A stretch of 64,000 nt of DNA from an uncultured Pseudobdellovibrionaceae bacterium (lineage in GTDB: Bacteria > Bdellovibrionota_B > Oligoflexia > Oligoflexales > Bog-1112), in the NCBI GenBank assembly GCA_964635325.1, contig CAZWOL010000001.1, forward strand, positions 11,935 to 75,934, written 5' to 3'. The position numbers and the translations under genes are program-made. The notes under the pieces are model-generated. The model made no database searches. It was not told where the DNA came from and saw nothing but the letters and a program-made list of their open reading frames with translations. Below, piece after piece: positions 53,781 through 63,268 of the stretch; positions within the stretch are counted from its first letter, which is position 1; the number at the start of each line of letters is the position of its first letter.

Positions 53781-53854
53781 ATCGCAGCTGATTTCTTCTA
53801 ACCCTCAGAAAATTTTGTGAGTGAGCTTTTAATTTATGGGAATCCCAGGAGCTC

Positions 53855-53882
53855 TTAAGTTTTTTACCAAAAACACGATGGG
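53855..53882 (+). promoter_or_regulatory. Possible sigma-28 (FliA) promoter for the flagellin genes
   Basis: TTAAGTTT-N11-CACGATGG compared with the consensus TAAAGTTT-N11-GCCGATAA (7/8 and 4/8 matches, CGAT core, correct spacing). It lies about 85 nt upstream of the first flagellin. Confidence 0.3.
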
Positions 53883-53968
53883 GAAAACGCAAGTTCCAAG
53901 GTGGGACTTGTCGCTCTGAGGAATCGCCTCCTCTGGGCAATCGTAAATCCAAGGAATGGAGACTTCGT

Positions 53969-54844
53969 ATGGGAATGCGTATCCGCACCAACACCATGAG
54001 CCTTTTAGCTCAAAGGCAACTCGCAAACAACACAAAAAACGTCAGTGAAAGTATCGAGAAACTCTCGTCCGGGTTGCGTATCAATCGCTCTGCAGACGAT
54101 GCAGCAGGTCTTGCTGTTTCAGAAACAATGCGAGCTCACATTCGCAGTTTGAATCAAGCAAAACGAAACGCCAACGATGCTGTATCGATGTTGCAGGTCG
54201 CAGAGGGTGGCATGCAAGAGATGTCAAATATCTTGATTCGTATGCGTGAGCTCACGATGCAATCCGCAACAGATACGATCAATGATCTTGATCGTTCTTA
54301 TCTTAATAAAGAGTATACCCAGCTAGCACAAGAGATCGATCGTATTGCTGGTACAACCGAATTCAACGGTCGTAAATTCTTTGTCAAAGAGGGAGATGCG
54401 CCAGACGAATATACGATTCAGGTCGGCAAAGACAACATTGCTGGTCGAGATTCGATTGCTATCAATCTACGTGGCCTCAAATTTAACTCCGTTGATCTGG
54501 GCCTTGGAAAAGAAGCTGAAATCGGCCCTATGTCTGCAGAAGGAAAGGGTCCAACTCGAGAAGCGATCGCAAGTAAGTTAGACATTCTAGATAACGGACT
54601 CAATAGATTGGCTCAAGAAAGAGCTAATATTGGTTCGCTCCAAAGTCGATTCAATTCGACCATCAATAGTCAAGGTGTAGCGATCGAGAATTTAAGCGCA
54701 TCACGTAGCCGAATCATGGATCTCGATTACGCAGAAGAAACTGCTGAATTGACCAAAAATAAAATTCTTAGCCAGTCAGGGATGGCAGTTCTAACACAAG
54801 CAAACCAATGGCCAGAAATGGCATTGGGTTTGCTGCGTCAATAA
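53969..54844 (+). CDS. Flagellin
   Basis: N-terminal D0/D1 region RI.TNT..L.AQR.L ... LSSGLRINRSADDAAGLA and C-terminal LTQANQ.P...L.LLR. A short (291 aa) flagellin. Confidence 0.93.
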   Translation: MGMRIRTNTMSLLAQRQLANNTKNVSESIEKLSSGLRINRSADDAAGLAVSETMRAHIRSLNQAKRNANDAVSMLQVAEGGMQEMSNILIRMRELTMQSATDTINDLDRSYLNKEYTQLAQEIDRIAGTTEFNGRKFFVKEGDAPDEYTIQVGKDNIAGRDSIAINLRGLKFNSVDLGLGKEAEIGPMSAEGKGPTREAIASKLDILDNGLNRLAQERANIGSLQSRFNSTINSQGVAIENLSASRSRIMDLDYAEETAELTKNKILSQSGMAVLTQANQWPEMALGLLRQ

Positions 54845-54870
54845 ACCATTAATGTCAAGGAGGACAATAT

Positions 54871-55791
54871 ATGGCGTTAGAAATAAAAACCAATTTGGCT
54901 GCCTTGCAAGCCAATAGACATTTTTCAGAAAACAGTGAGCAGTTGAAATCATCGATTGAGCGCCTTTCATCAGGTTTACGAATCAATCGCTCAGCAGATG
55001 ATGCAGCTGGTTTGGCAATCTCAGAATCCATTCGTGCTCGTATACGGAGCTTGGATGCAGCAAAACGGAATGCAAACGATGCTGTGAGTTTTCTGCAGAC
55101 AGCAGAAGGTGGTTTCAATGAAGTAACGAATATACTGATTCGACTTCGTGAGCTAACCACTCAAGCAGCTTCGGATACCATTGGAAATCGTGAGCGTTCT
55201 TACCTCGACAAAGAGTTTCAGAGTTTGCGTTCAGAAGCAGAGCGCATCATGGCGACCAATGAGTTTAATGGTATGAAGATCTTTGCAGATGATAATGCCG
55301 ACAAACCACTTGAACTTATGATTGGAGCGTCAAATCGAGGGGATCTGCCCAATGGTAGCAAGCCGGATTTTGGTGATTTTGATCCGGATGTTATCAAGGT
55401 CGATATTTCTCAGATTAAAGACGTCAAAGAAAAACTGAACATGCTTGTAAAAGGTAAAGTAAGCTTAGTGCCTTCAGATTCTGATGGTGGCGCTTCGGAT
55501 CTAGGTCCGGACGGCACCAATGATTTGTTTGCACGTGTCGATAATGCAATCAATGCGATCTCTGGCTTTCGTGCAACCTTGGGCAGTGTGCAGTCTCGAA
55601 TAGGAAGTGTGCTTTCTACGATCGATGTTTCTAGTGAAAATCTTGCCGCTACTCGAAGTCGCATCACCGATATCGATTACGCTCAAGAAACAGCAAACTT
55701 CACCCGAGCCAAAATTCTTACCCAGGCTGGTTTGTCAGTGATTTCCCAAGCAAACGTGATTCCTGAAATGACGCTCAATCTCTTGCGTTAG
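54871..55791 (+). CDS. Flagellin (second tandem copy)
   Basis: Same conserved termini (LSSGLRINRSADDAAGLAISE ... ISQANVIPEMTLNLLR) with a divergent central region. Confidence 0.93.
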   Translation: MALEIKTNLAALQANRHFSENSEQLKSSIERLSSGLRINRSADDAAGLAISESIRARIRSLDAAKRNANDAVSFLQTAEGGFNEVTNILIRLRELTTQAASDTIGNRERSYLDKEFQSLRSEAERIMATNEFNGMKIFADDNADKPLELMIGASNRGDLPNGSKPDFGDFDPDVIKVDISQIKDVKEKLNMLVKGKVSLVPSDSDGGASDLGPDGTNDLFARVDNAINAISGFRATLGSVQSRIGSVLSTIDVSSENLAATRSRITDIDYAQETANFTRAKILTQAGLSVISQANVIPEMTLNLLR

Positions 55792-55800
55792 GTGTTGCTC

Positions 55801-55830
55801 GCATAGTAGTGCTTTGGTGTGCTACTATGC
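55801..55830 (+). terminator. Hairpin after the flagellin pair (weak terminator candidate)
   Basis: GCATAGTAG-12 nt loop-CTACTATGC, a 9-bp perfect stem 10 nt after the stop codon. No clear U-tract follows. Confidence 0.35.
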
Positions 55831-55853
55831 TTGCGAAACCTTAATAGATCGAA

Positions 55854-56366
55854 ATGGATCTTTGCATGTCATGGTCGTTATTTGAACGAAACACTGAACT
55901 CGTTAAAAATCTGTATATACAATTGCAAGTTCTCGGAAAAACTGTGGCCAGCGCAGAAAGTTGCACCGGTGGTCTTCTAGCAACATCTTTCACGGAGTTA
56001 CCAGGAAGCTCAGCCTTCTTTCAGGGGGGCATAAGTTGCTATTCCAACTTGGCAAAATCCAAAATTTTAGGAATTTCTCCAGAGATTCTGCAACGCTCTG
56101 GAGCAGTTTCCAAAGAAGTTGCAATCGCCTTAGCAGAAAATGCGGCTTCAATACTAGAAGCGGACTATGGTTTAGCACTTACTGGTATCGCAGGTCCTGA
56201 TGGAGGCACCCAAGATAAACCTGTAGGGACGGTCTGGTGGGCTATTAGTACTCAACAAAAGACACATGTTGGATGTTTTCATCTCTCAGGATCCAGGTCA
56301 GACATACGTTTTGCATCAGTGAATAGTATCTTGGTAGAGTTTAGCAATATCTTGAAAGGGACTTAG
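55854..56366 (+). CDS. CinA C-terminal domain / nicotinamide-nucleotide amidase (PncC-like)
   Basis: AESCTGGLLA ... ALTGIAGPDGG ... KPVGTVW motifs. Confidence 0.8.
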   Translation: MDLCMSWSLFERNTELVKNLYIQLQVLGKTVASAESCTGGLLATSFTELPGSSAFFQGGISCYSNLAKSKILGISPEILQRSGAVSKEVAIALAENAASILEADYGLALTGIAGPDGGTQDKPVGTVWWAISTQQKTHVGCFHLSGSRSDIRFASVNSILVEFSNILKGT

Positions 56367-56368
56367 TT

Positions 56369-57058
56369 GTGTTTATTTCGAAGCATGTTTTGCTCTTGAT
56401 TGTATTATCGACACCAGTTTTTGTTTTCGCTTCTTCAGAGGTGCCTACAACAAAAAACACTCCTGATAAGCAGCAGCATAAAAAAACATCTTTGACAGTT
56501 GAAGAACTGCGAAAATTGCAAGGAAAGTTGCAAGATCACCCTTTTCTTTCCGTTGATTTTGAACAAAAAATTTATAAGAAGCTTCGCAATAAAACACTAA
56601 GCAACAAAGGTCAGGTTTATTTTAAGAAACCATCATCGTTCCGTTGGATTTTTAGTCACAGCGAATCCGAAGAGTGGGTTTATAATGGCAACGATCTTTT
56701 GCATTATTTCCCAACAAAAAACTATGCACATCGCTATAAACCCTATGCCGCAAAAGGAAAAAATCTTCGAGAAATTGTCAATATGGTCCTTGATTTTGAT
56801 AGCTTATTGAAACGCTATACTGTCGTCTCTGCTTTTCAGGATGCAAAATTGGTCACCTTGAACTTAGCTCCTAAAGAAAGAGGTGAGATCACAGAAGTTG
56901 TGCTTGGCTTGGATTTGGAAAAAAACCTCATTAGTGAGGTTACATTGAATCTTGAAGGGGGAAATCAAAGCTCTTTTCGTTTTACCAACCCACGCTATAA
57001 CCAAGGAGCTTTGAGCTTTGAGTTGCCCTCTAAGGTCAAGATCACTGACGCGATTTAG
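56369..57058 (+). CDS. lolA: LolA-like outer-membrane lipoprotein carrier protein
   Basis: Signal peptide followed by F.Q ... G.VYFKKPSSFRW, which is typical of the LolA family. GTG start. Confidence 0.6.
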   Translation: MFISKHVLLLIVLSTPVFVFASSEVPTTKNTPDKQQHKKTSLTVEELRKLQGKLQDHPFLSVDFEQKIYKKLRNKTLSNKGQVYFKKPSSFRWIFSHSESEEWVYNGNDLLHYFPTKNYAHRYKPYAAKGKNLREIVNMVLDFDSLLKRYTVVSAFQDAKLVTLNLAPKERGEITEVVLGLDLEKNLISEVTLNLEGGNQSSFRFTNPRYNQGALSFELPSKVKITDAI

Positions 57059-57188
57059 TATCGCAAACCTCTTTATAGCTGCTTTCCAATTGTATTTTTT
57101 ACGTGCTCATATTTTTCTTCATGTTGTGTAAAGTTTTTGGTCAATTTGCCGAAATATTAAGCAGTCTTGAATTCAAGGGGAGCCTAGT

Positions 57189-58745
57189 ATGAAGGTCGAA
57201 GTTGATGCTTTACCGTGGGAAGAGTTTGACAAACTGCATGCTGTTCGAAGATTGCGAGAGCTTGTGGGAACGTGGTGGAAAATTCAAATTAATTTCACCG
57301 ACCATCGAGGCTATCTTAGGGGGGTCGCTGCAGGGAAGTTTTTCAATCCACTCCACCAGATCTGCAAACGCATAGCAAGTAATGACCAAGGCTTTCGGGG
57401 CTGTCTCGGGACTGTCCGACAGACGGCAAAGCTGAAGGGAACAGCTACTGAATTTAGCCGCTGTCATGCAGGATTTTCAACGATCAGTGTTCCCATAAAT
57501 GTAGGCGGACGCTATTTAGGATGTGTCTTTGGAGATGGCTTTTTAGATCAAGAAACAGAGCTTGAGCAAAAGAAGTTGATCAGCAATAAGCTTGAGAGCT
57601 TGTTTCCGGGTGATGAAAAAATTCAAGATTTAGTTGCTAAGTTACCAGTACTCAGTGCGCGTGATGTAGAGTTTCTCACACACCTTATTGAAATGGTGGT
57701 GGAAGAAATCTTGCTTGCTCATGCTGAACTTTGGAAAACTAAAAAAGAAGTCGACACACTAAAAGTTGCTTTGAACACGCGCTATAGCTTTGCAAATATG
57801 ATCGGTAAATCAGAGTCAATGCAAAGTTTGTATGCGATGGTTGAAAAAGTTAAAGAGGCAGACTCAATAGTTCTTATTCAAGGCGAAAATGGTACGGGTA
57901 AGGAACTCATTGCTCATGCCTTGCATTATAATTCTAAGCGCAAAAACGGTCCTTTTATTCCAGTCAATTGTGGTGCCTTCAATGAGAATCTTTTGGAATC
58001 CGAGCTTTTCGGTCATCTCAAAGGATCTTTTACAGGTGCCGTTAAAGATAAAATAGGCCTCTTTGAAGCTGCGAATGACGGCACACTCTTTCTGGATGAA
58101 GTCGGTGAAATGTCAATGACCATGCAGGTCAAGCTTTTGCGTGTTTTGCAGGAAGGTACTTTCCGTATGGTTGGTGGTACAGATATGCAGCAGACAACTG
58201 CGCGTGTTATTTGTGCAACGAACCGAGATTTAGCAAAAATGGTTGAGGAAGGGCTTTTTCGTAAGGATTTGTATTACCGTTTAAATGTAATCAGTTTGAT
58301 GGTCCCTCCTCTGCGGGAACGTCCCGAAGACATTCCAATGCTGATTGAACATTTTGCAAAAAAGTTTGCGGAAAGTATGGGCGTTCCTGAAAAAAAACCG
58401 ACCAAAGATTGCATGCATACTTTGCTGTCTTACACATGGCCAGGCAACGTTCGAGAGCTGGAAAACGAAATGGAACGCCTCTATGTGCTTGCTGGTCAAG
58501 ACGCAGATCTTGTCGATACAAATCTTTCTCCTCGTCTCCGAGAAATCTCCTCACCACCACGCTTTGATTGGGAAGAAGGAGGGACACTCAGAGATGTGCT
58601 GGATCAGGTTGAGTCGGAGATTATTAAAGAAGGGCTGAAGCGTACACATTGGAATAAATCACAACTGGCTAAAGAACTAGGCATCAGCCGTGCTGGCCTG
58701 CTTTTGAAGGTTGAAAAGTATGGTTTGGAAAGAAAAGCGAGTTGA
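57189..58745 (+). CDS. Sigma-54-dependent transcriptional activator with PocR-type N-terminal sensor domain
   Basis: Cys/His-rich PocR-like region (HQICKRI ... FRGCLG ... FSRCHAGF). AAA+ core GENGTGKE, ESELFGH and the GAFTGA variant GSFTGA. C-terminal Fis-type HTH. Confidence 0.88.
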   Translation: MKVEVDALPWEEFDKLHAVRRLRELVGTWWKIQINFTDHRGYLRGVAAGKFFNPLHQICKRIASNDQGFRGCLGTVRQTAKLKGTATEFSRCHAGFSTISVPINVGGRYLGCVFGDGFLDQETELEQKKLISNKLESLFPGDEKIQDLVAKLPVLSARDVEFLTHLIEMVVEEILLAHAELWKTKKEVDTLKVALNTRYSFANMIGKSESMQSLYAMVEKVKEADSIVLIQGENGTGKELIAHALHYNSKRKNGPFIPVNCGAFNENLLESELFGHLKGSFTGAVKDKIGLFEAANDGTLFLDEVGEMSMTMQVKLLRVLQEGTFRMVGGTDMQQTTARVICATNRDLAKMVEEGLFRKDLYYRLNVISLMVPPLRERPEDIPMLIEHFAKKFAESMGVPEKKPTKDCMHTLLSYTWPGNVRELENEMERLYVLAGQDADLVDTNLSPRLREISSPPRFDWEEGGTLRDVLDQVESEIIKEGLKRTHWNKSQLAKELGISRAGLLLKVEKYGLERKAS

Positions 58746-58803
58746 GATTTAATGTTTTATATGACTAAATGAGCATTCTCCCATCCATCTCAGTTGAGGG
58801 TTT

Positions 58804-59976
58804 TTGATGAATATTCATGAGTACCAAGCGAAGAAAATTCTAAGCGCTCATAAAATCCCTGTTCCCGAAGGTTACCTCGCTCGTTCCCCTCTCGAAGCTG
58901 AATTTGCCTTCCGTAGGCTAAAAGCTCCAGTCGCTGTCGTAAAAGCTCAAGTCCATGCAGGTGGACGAGGTAAGGCTGGGGGTGTCAAATTGGTGCGTAG
59001 CGCGGAAGAATGCCGAGACGTGACCAAGCAGATGATTGGCATGACCCTAAAGACTCACCAAACTGGAGCTGCTGGCAAGCTGGTCCGCAGTGTCTATGTC
59101 GAAGCGGGTTCTGAGATAGCCAAAGAGTACTATCTCGCCATGCTAATAGATCGTGAGACAGCAAATGTTGCGATTATGTTCTCCGAATCTGGAGGGATGG
59201 ATATCGAAGAACTGGCAGAGCACAGTCCCGAAAAAATCATCACCATCAAAGTCGATACCACTTTGGGGCTTGGTGATTATGTGTTCCGTCCTTTGATGTA
59301 CAAAATCGGAATACCCGATTCTGAAAAGAAACAATTGAAAGACATCATTACTAAACTCTACAGTTTGTTCTTGAACAAAGATTTCTCCATTCTTGAAATC
59401 AACCCTCTCGTCGTAACCAAATCGGGAGATATGCTTGCTATCGATGGGAAGATGAACTTCGATGACAATGCGATTTTTAGACAAAAAGATATAGAATCTC
59501 TTCGTGATTTCGATGAGGAAGATCTCCGAGAAGTAGAAGCATCAAAATTTGGTCTCAATTACATCGGCCTTGATGGCAATATCGGCTGCCTCGTCAATGG
59601 AGCCGGTCTTGCTATGGCAACCATGGATATTGTCAAATTATGCGGTGGTGAGCCTGCAAACTTCCTCGATGTGGGAGGTGGTGCAACCGAAGAAATGGTG
59701 AAGAATGCATTCCGCATTCTTTTTCAAGATTCTAAGGTCAAAGGTGTCTTCGTCAATATCTTCGGTGGCATCATGCGTTGCGATATTATTGCAAGCGCTA
59801 TCGTGAAAGTTTCGGAAGAACTCAAGCTTAATGTTCCTATCGTTGTGCGTCTTGAAGGTACCAATGTCAACGAAGGCAAAGCGATTTTAGCAAAATCAAA
59901 AATGAAAATCATTGCTGCGGATGATATGGCGGACGGAGCACAAAAAATTGTAGCAGCCGTAAAAAAAGCACACTGA
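58804..59976 (+). CDS. sucC: Succinyl-CoA synthetase beta subunit
   Basis: [13 protein letters not shown]-terminus, ATP-grasp motifs and [18 protein letters not shown]. Confidence 0.96.
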   Translation: MMNIHEYQAKKILSAHKIPVPEGYLARSPLEAEFAFRRLKAPVAVVKAQVHAGGRGKAGGVKLVRSAEECRDVTKQMIGMTLKTHQTGAAGKLVRSVYVEAGSEIAKEYYLAMLIDRETANVAIMFSESGGMDIEELAEHSPEKIITIKVDTTLGLGDYVFRPLMYKIGIPDSEKKQLKDIITKLYSLFLNKDFSILEINPLVVTKSGDMLAIDGKMNFDDNAIFRQKDIESLRDFDEEDLREVEASKFGLNYIGLDGNIGCLVNGAGLAMATMDIVKLCGGEPANFLDVGGGATEEMVKNAFRILFQDSKVKGVFVNIFGGIMRCDIIASAIVKVSEELKLNVPIVVRLEGTNVNEGKAILAKSKMKIIAADDMADGAQKIVAAVKKAH

Positions 59977-59989
59977 GAGGAGATGGACA

Positions 59990-60868
59990 GTGGCAATTTT
60001 GGTCGATAAAAACACACGTGTTATCACCCAAGGGATTACGGGAAAATCAGGACAGTTTCATACGAAACTTTCACACGAATACGCTCCTCGCTTTGTCGGT
60101 GGAGTGACCCCATCCAAAGGTGGGCAAAAATTTGAGTCGCTTCCTATTTTTGATACAGTTGCGGAAGCCAAAGAAAAAACCAACTGCAATGCAAGCATGA
60201 TTTTTGTTCCTCCACCGTTTGCAGCAGATGCGATTTTAGAAGCAATTCAAGCAGAGATCGAGTTGATTGTGTGCATAACGGAAGGCATTCCCGTTAAAGA
60301 TATGCTCGCAGTAAAGAAAGCCCTCGATCGTAGTCAGTCTCGTCTGATCGGTCCTAACTGTCCGGGTATCATCACTCCTGGTCAATGCAAGATTGGGATT
60401 ATGCCAGGACATATTCACAAACCTGGTAAGATTGGGATCATTTCAAAATCGGGAACTCTAACCTACGAAGCTGTCAATCAAACAACAGCAGCAGGTCTAG
60501 GACAATCAACATGCATCGGGATCGGTGGTGATCCAATCATCGGTACCAACTTCATCGATCTTTTGGCAATGCTTGAGGCTGATCCAGCAACTGAGGCGAT
60601 CGTTATGATCGGTGAAATTGGTGGAGATGCAGAGATCAAAGCAGCGAAATTTATCAAAGAAAATGTCCGCAAACCTGTCTGTGGCTTTGTTGCTGGTGTG
60701 ACTGCTCCAGAGGGCAAACGTATGGGTCATGCAGGTGCAATCATCAGTGGTGGTAAGGGAACAGCAGCAGAAAAGATCAATGCTTTTGAACATGCGGGAA
60801 TCAAAGTAGCACGCTCACCAGCAGAAATCGGCAAAACCATCGCAGCACTTCTTTCTAAAAGAAAATAA
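59990..60868 (+). CDS. sucD: Succinyl-CoA synthetase alpha subunit
   Basis: [19 protein letters not shown], and the phosphohistidine loop GHAGAI. GTG start after GGAG. Confidence 0.96.
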   Translation: MAILVDKNTRVITQGITGKSGQFHTKLSHEYAPRFVGGVTPSKGGQKFESLPIFDTVAEAKEKTNCNASMIFVPPPFAADAILEAIQAEIELIVCITEGIPVKDMLAVKKALDRSQSRLIGPNCPGIITPGQCKIGIMPGHIHKPGKIGIISKSGTLTYEAVNQTTAAGLGQSTCIGIGGDPIIGTNFIDLLAMLEADPATEAIVMIGEIGGDAEIKAAKFIKENVRKPVCGFVAGVTAPEGKRMGHAGAIISGGKGTAAEKINAFEHAGIKVARSPAEIGKTIAALLSKRK

Positions 60869-60878
60869 AAGAGCTTGT

Positions 60879-61862
60879 ATGTCCTCATCATCTCATCCTC
60901 TACTCAAAGACATTTCTAACTACAAGACAGGAGGCAGTTGCCTCCGTCTTTTTGAGCCTCAATCGCGTGCTGAGTTATGTGAAAACTATCGAGAGATTCA
61001 ACAAAACAAATGGCCTTTCTTCTTATTGGGAGGAGGGACCAACTCCTTGGTTTTAGATACTCCATGGCCTGGAGCTGTGATTAGCTTTCATAAACTCAAA
61101 CATGTAGAGGTGCGTGGAAATCGCATTCTCAGTGGTGCTGGAGTGTCGAACTCCGACCTTTGTGCTCTTGCGTTGAAAGAGAAATTGAGTGGACTTGAGT
61201 GGATGTATCGTCTGCCGGGTCAAGTCGGTGGCACCACACGGATGAATGCTCGTTGTTACGGTAGTGAGATGAGTCATGTGGTGGATGTGGTGCGAGGAGT
61301 TTCATTTGATGGAACTGAAGAAACTTATCAAAGAAGCGATGGGATCTTTAGGGGCTACAAAGATACTATATTTATGACGAATGGATTTTTGATTGCAGAG
61401 GTTGAAATTCAATTGAAGAGAAGTTCTGAATCTTCGAAGATGTTGGAGAAAATGAATTTCTGCGAAAGTGATCGTGAATCAAAAGGACATTTTGCATACC
61501 CTTCGTGCGGTTGCGTTTTCAAAAACGACTATAGTCCTGAGGTGTCGGTTTCCAGTGGTCTCTTGTTGGAACAAGCCGGTGTCAAAGGCTTGCAACGAGG
61601 TAAGGCCGCTGTAAGTCCCAAGCACGCAAATTTTATCTACAATACAGGAGATGCGAGCAGCAGTGACATCCTAGAGTTGGCTCTAGAGATGCGCGAGCGT
61701 GTCTGGGAGCATTTTGGTGTGTGGTTAGAATTTGAAATGGAATTGCTAGGAAAGATCCCTGAGAATTTGCGAGAACGTGTTGTAGAGAAACGACAGCCCA
61801 ATTACAAGCGCAGCCTACTTGCCGAAATACGAGCTCAATTCAAAACACGATTGCAGAGCTGA
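60879..61862 (+). CDS. murB: UDP-N-acetylenolpyruvoylglucosamine reductase
   Basis: FAD-binding LLGGGTNSL, plus PSCGCVFKN and SPKHANFIYN motifs. The gene is located outside the dcw cluster. Confidence 0.85.
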   Translation: MSSSSHPLLKDISNYKTGGSCLRLFEPQSRAELCENYREIQQNKWPFFLLGGGTNSLVLDTPWPGAVISFHKLKHVEVRGNRILSGAGVSNSDLCALALKEKLSGLEWMYRLPGQVGGTTRMNARCYGSEMSHVVDVVRGVSFDGTEETYQRSDGIFRGYKDTIFMTNGFLIAEVEIQLKRSSESSKMLEKMNFCESDRESKGHFAYPSCGCVFKNDYSPEVSVSSGLLLEQAGVKGLQRGKAAVSPKHANFIYNTGDASSSDILELALEMRERVWEHFGVWLEFEMELLGKIPENLRERVVEKRQPNYKRSLLAEIRAQFKTRLQS

Positions 61863-61909
61863 AAAAAGTTTTAGTGTATAAAAAGAATTTCGGAAACTTG
61901 TAGTGCTTT

Positions 61910-62098
61910 CTAGGAAGCGCTTTCGCGACGAGCCGTCTTTGCTAAATAATACTGATCCAATTCGTGTTGAATAAAGAGTTTAATGACAGCATGACGGCTG
62001 ATGGTTAAGTCGTTTGCGATTTCATCTAGCTCATGAAGTGTTTTCAGACCAAAGTCAACATTCACTATTTGCACTTTATCGATGAGAGGAGGCATCAT
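61910..62098 (-). CDS. Ribbon-helix-helix (CopG/Arc-like) DNA-binding protein
   Basis: The pattern KVQIVNVDFGLKTLHELDEIANDLTISRHAVIKLFI fits a beta-strand plus two helices RHH fold. The ATG at 62098 lies 4 nt after AGGAGG; the ORF track start at 62146 is an alternative. Confidence 0.5.
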   Translation of the reverse strand: MMPPLIDKVQIVNVDFGLKTLHELDEIANDLTISRHAVIKLFIQHELDQYYLAKTARRESAS

Positions 62099-62491
62099 TT
62101 TGCCTCCTCTAAAATATTTGTTCACATCATCACCTTTGAGTGCCATGGTCTCGATTTTATCTAGAAGAATTTTTTTGAAGTTTTCTTCTTAGTTTTTTCA
62201 TACATCATCCTTTTCGTTCGTGTTGAAGGCCAATAGGTTACAAGATGCTAATATTCGCCTTTGTGCAGATCTTAGCTCACTTGATATGAGAAGAAAAATT
62301 CCTATCCTAGATTTAAAGACCTTGCTCATTAAGAAAATTATCCGATAGACCAAGGAAAAATCGAAACACCATTGCCTTGCTGTCTTGGAGATAAAAAATA
62401 GAAAGCTTGCGTGTTTAATGTCGCGGCACATTCTTCTTGAAACTTATGAAAATCTAATCTAAGACTCCGCCTAACTTATGAAGGAAACCCA

Positions 62492-63268
62492 ATGCGTTTT
62501 TATCTTCAAGCCAAGAAATCGGAAGCTGCACTTTTTAAAAGAAAGATAGTTCTCTGTTTCTTCATGTCATGTGCCGGCATTACTGCAGTATATTTCTTGA
62601 TGATAGAGAATATCTTCTCCCAAGAGAAAGACGTAAAAGCGGTTGAACTGGCTCAGGACGAATTTTCCCAAGCCTTCAATCTCGATCACCAGAGCAAAAA
62701 GTTGACCGAGAATCTTCTAGAGACTATAAGCTCTGCTGTGGTTGCTTCTCGTGCAGAAACTGCAAACAAGATTTTTCACCAAGAAAGAGCGAACGTATTT
62801 TTTGATAAAGAATATTTTTTCGCGAACCTAACACTTAACTCTGACGATATTGCGCGTTTCCAAGCAAGGCTTGCCGATCTTTCAGAATTAAAAGATATAG
62901 AGGCTGCCAAAGGTGAAGTTTCACCGATCGTCGATGAAAGGATGTCCCTCATCGACTTTCTCGCGAACTATGCTCTAAGAAACGAAAACGATCCAGCAAG
63001 CTCCATCATAGCGGATACTTTTGTCTCCTTGCTCCAAAGAGAGATACGTAAAGATCTGCCTGTCGATATAAAGAGGGTAGCTCTCGCTGAGAAGATGGAT
63101 TTTATACGGATCTTAGCGGTCATGAATCGCGATTTAGCCGTCCAAACTATGAATTCACTCGATGACGTGCATAGAAAGCATTTAAGAACAAGCTATCTTA
63201 TAGGACTGAAATCGCTTGATTTAGATGCTGAAGAATACGCTTTATTTGTGAATAAGGTGGCAAAATGA
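62492..63268 (+). CDS. Hypothetical membrane-anchored helical protein
   Basis: One N-terminal TM helix (IVLCFFMSCAGITAVYFLMI) followed by about 210 aa predicted to be helical. No recognisable motif. The stop overlaps the next ORF start (ATGATG). Confidence 0.4.
   Translation: MRFYLQAKKSEAALFKRKIVLCFFMSCAGITAVYFLMIENIFSQEKDVKAVELAQDEFSQAFNLDHQSKKLTENLLETISSAVVASRAETANKIFHQERANVFFDKEYFFANLTLNSDDIARFQARLADLSELKDIEAAKGEVSPIVDERMSLIDFLANYALRNENDPASSIIADTFVSLLQREIRKDLPVDIKRVALAEKMDFIRILAVMNRDLAVQTMNSLDDVHRKHLRTSYLIGLKSLDLDAEEYALFVNKVAK

Noticed and set aside
62198-62431. 77-aa minus-strand ORF upstream of the RHH gene as a possible toxin partner
   Set aside because: It has no recognisable toxin motifs (RelE/HigB/HicA/MqsR-like) and only a weak ribosome-binding site. 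The composition is hydrophobic and low in complexity, typical of an AT-rich spacer. It is left unannotated pending a profile search.
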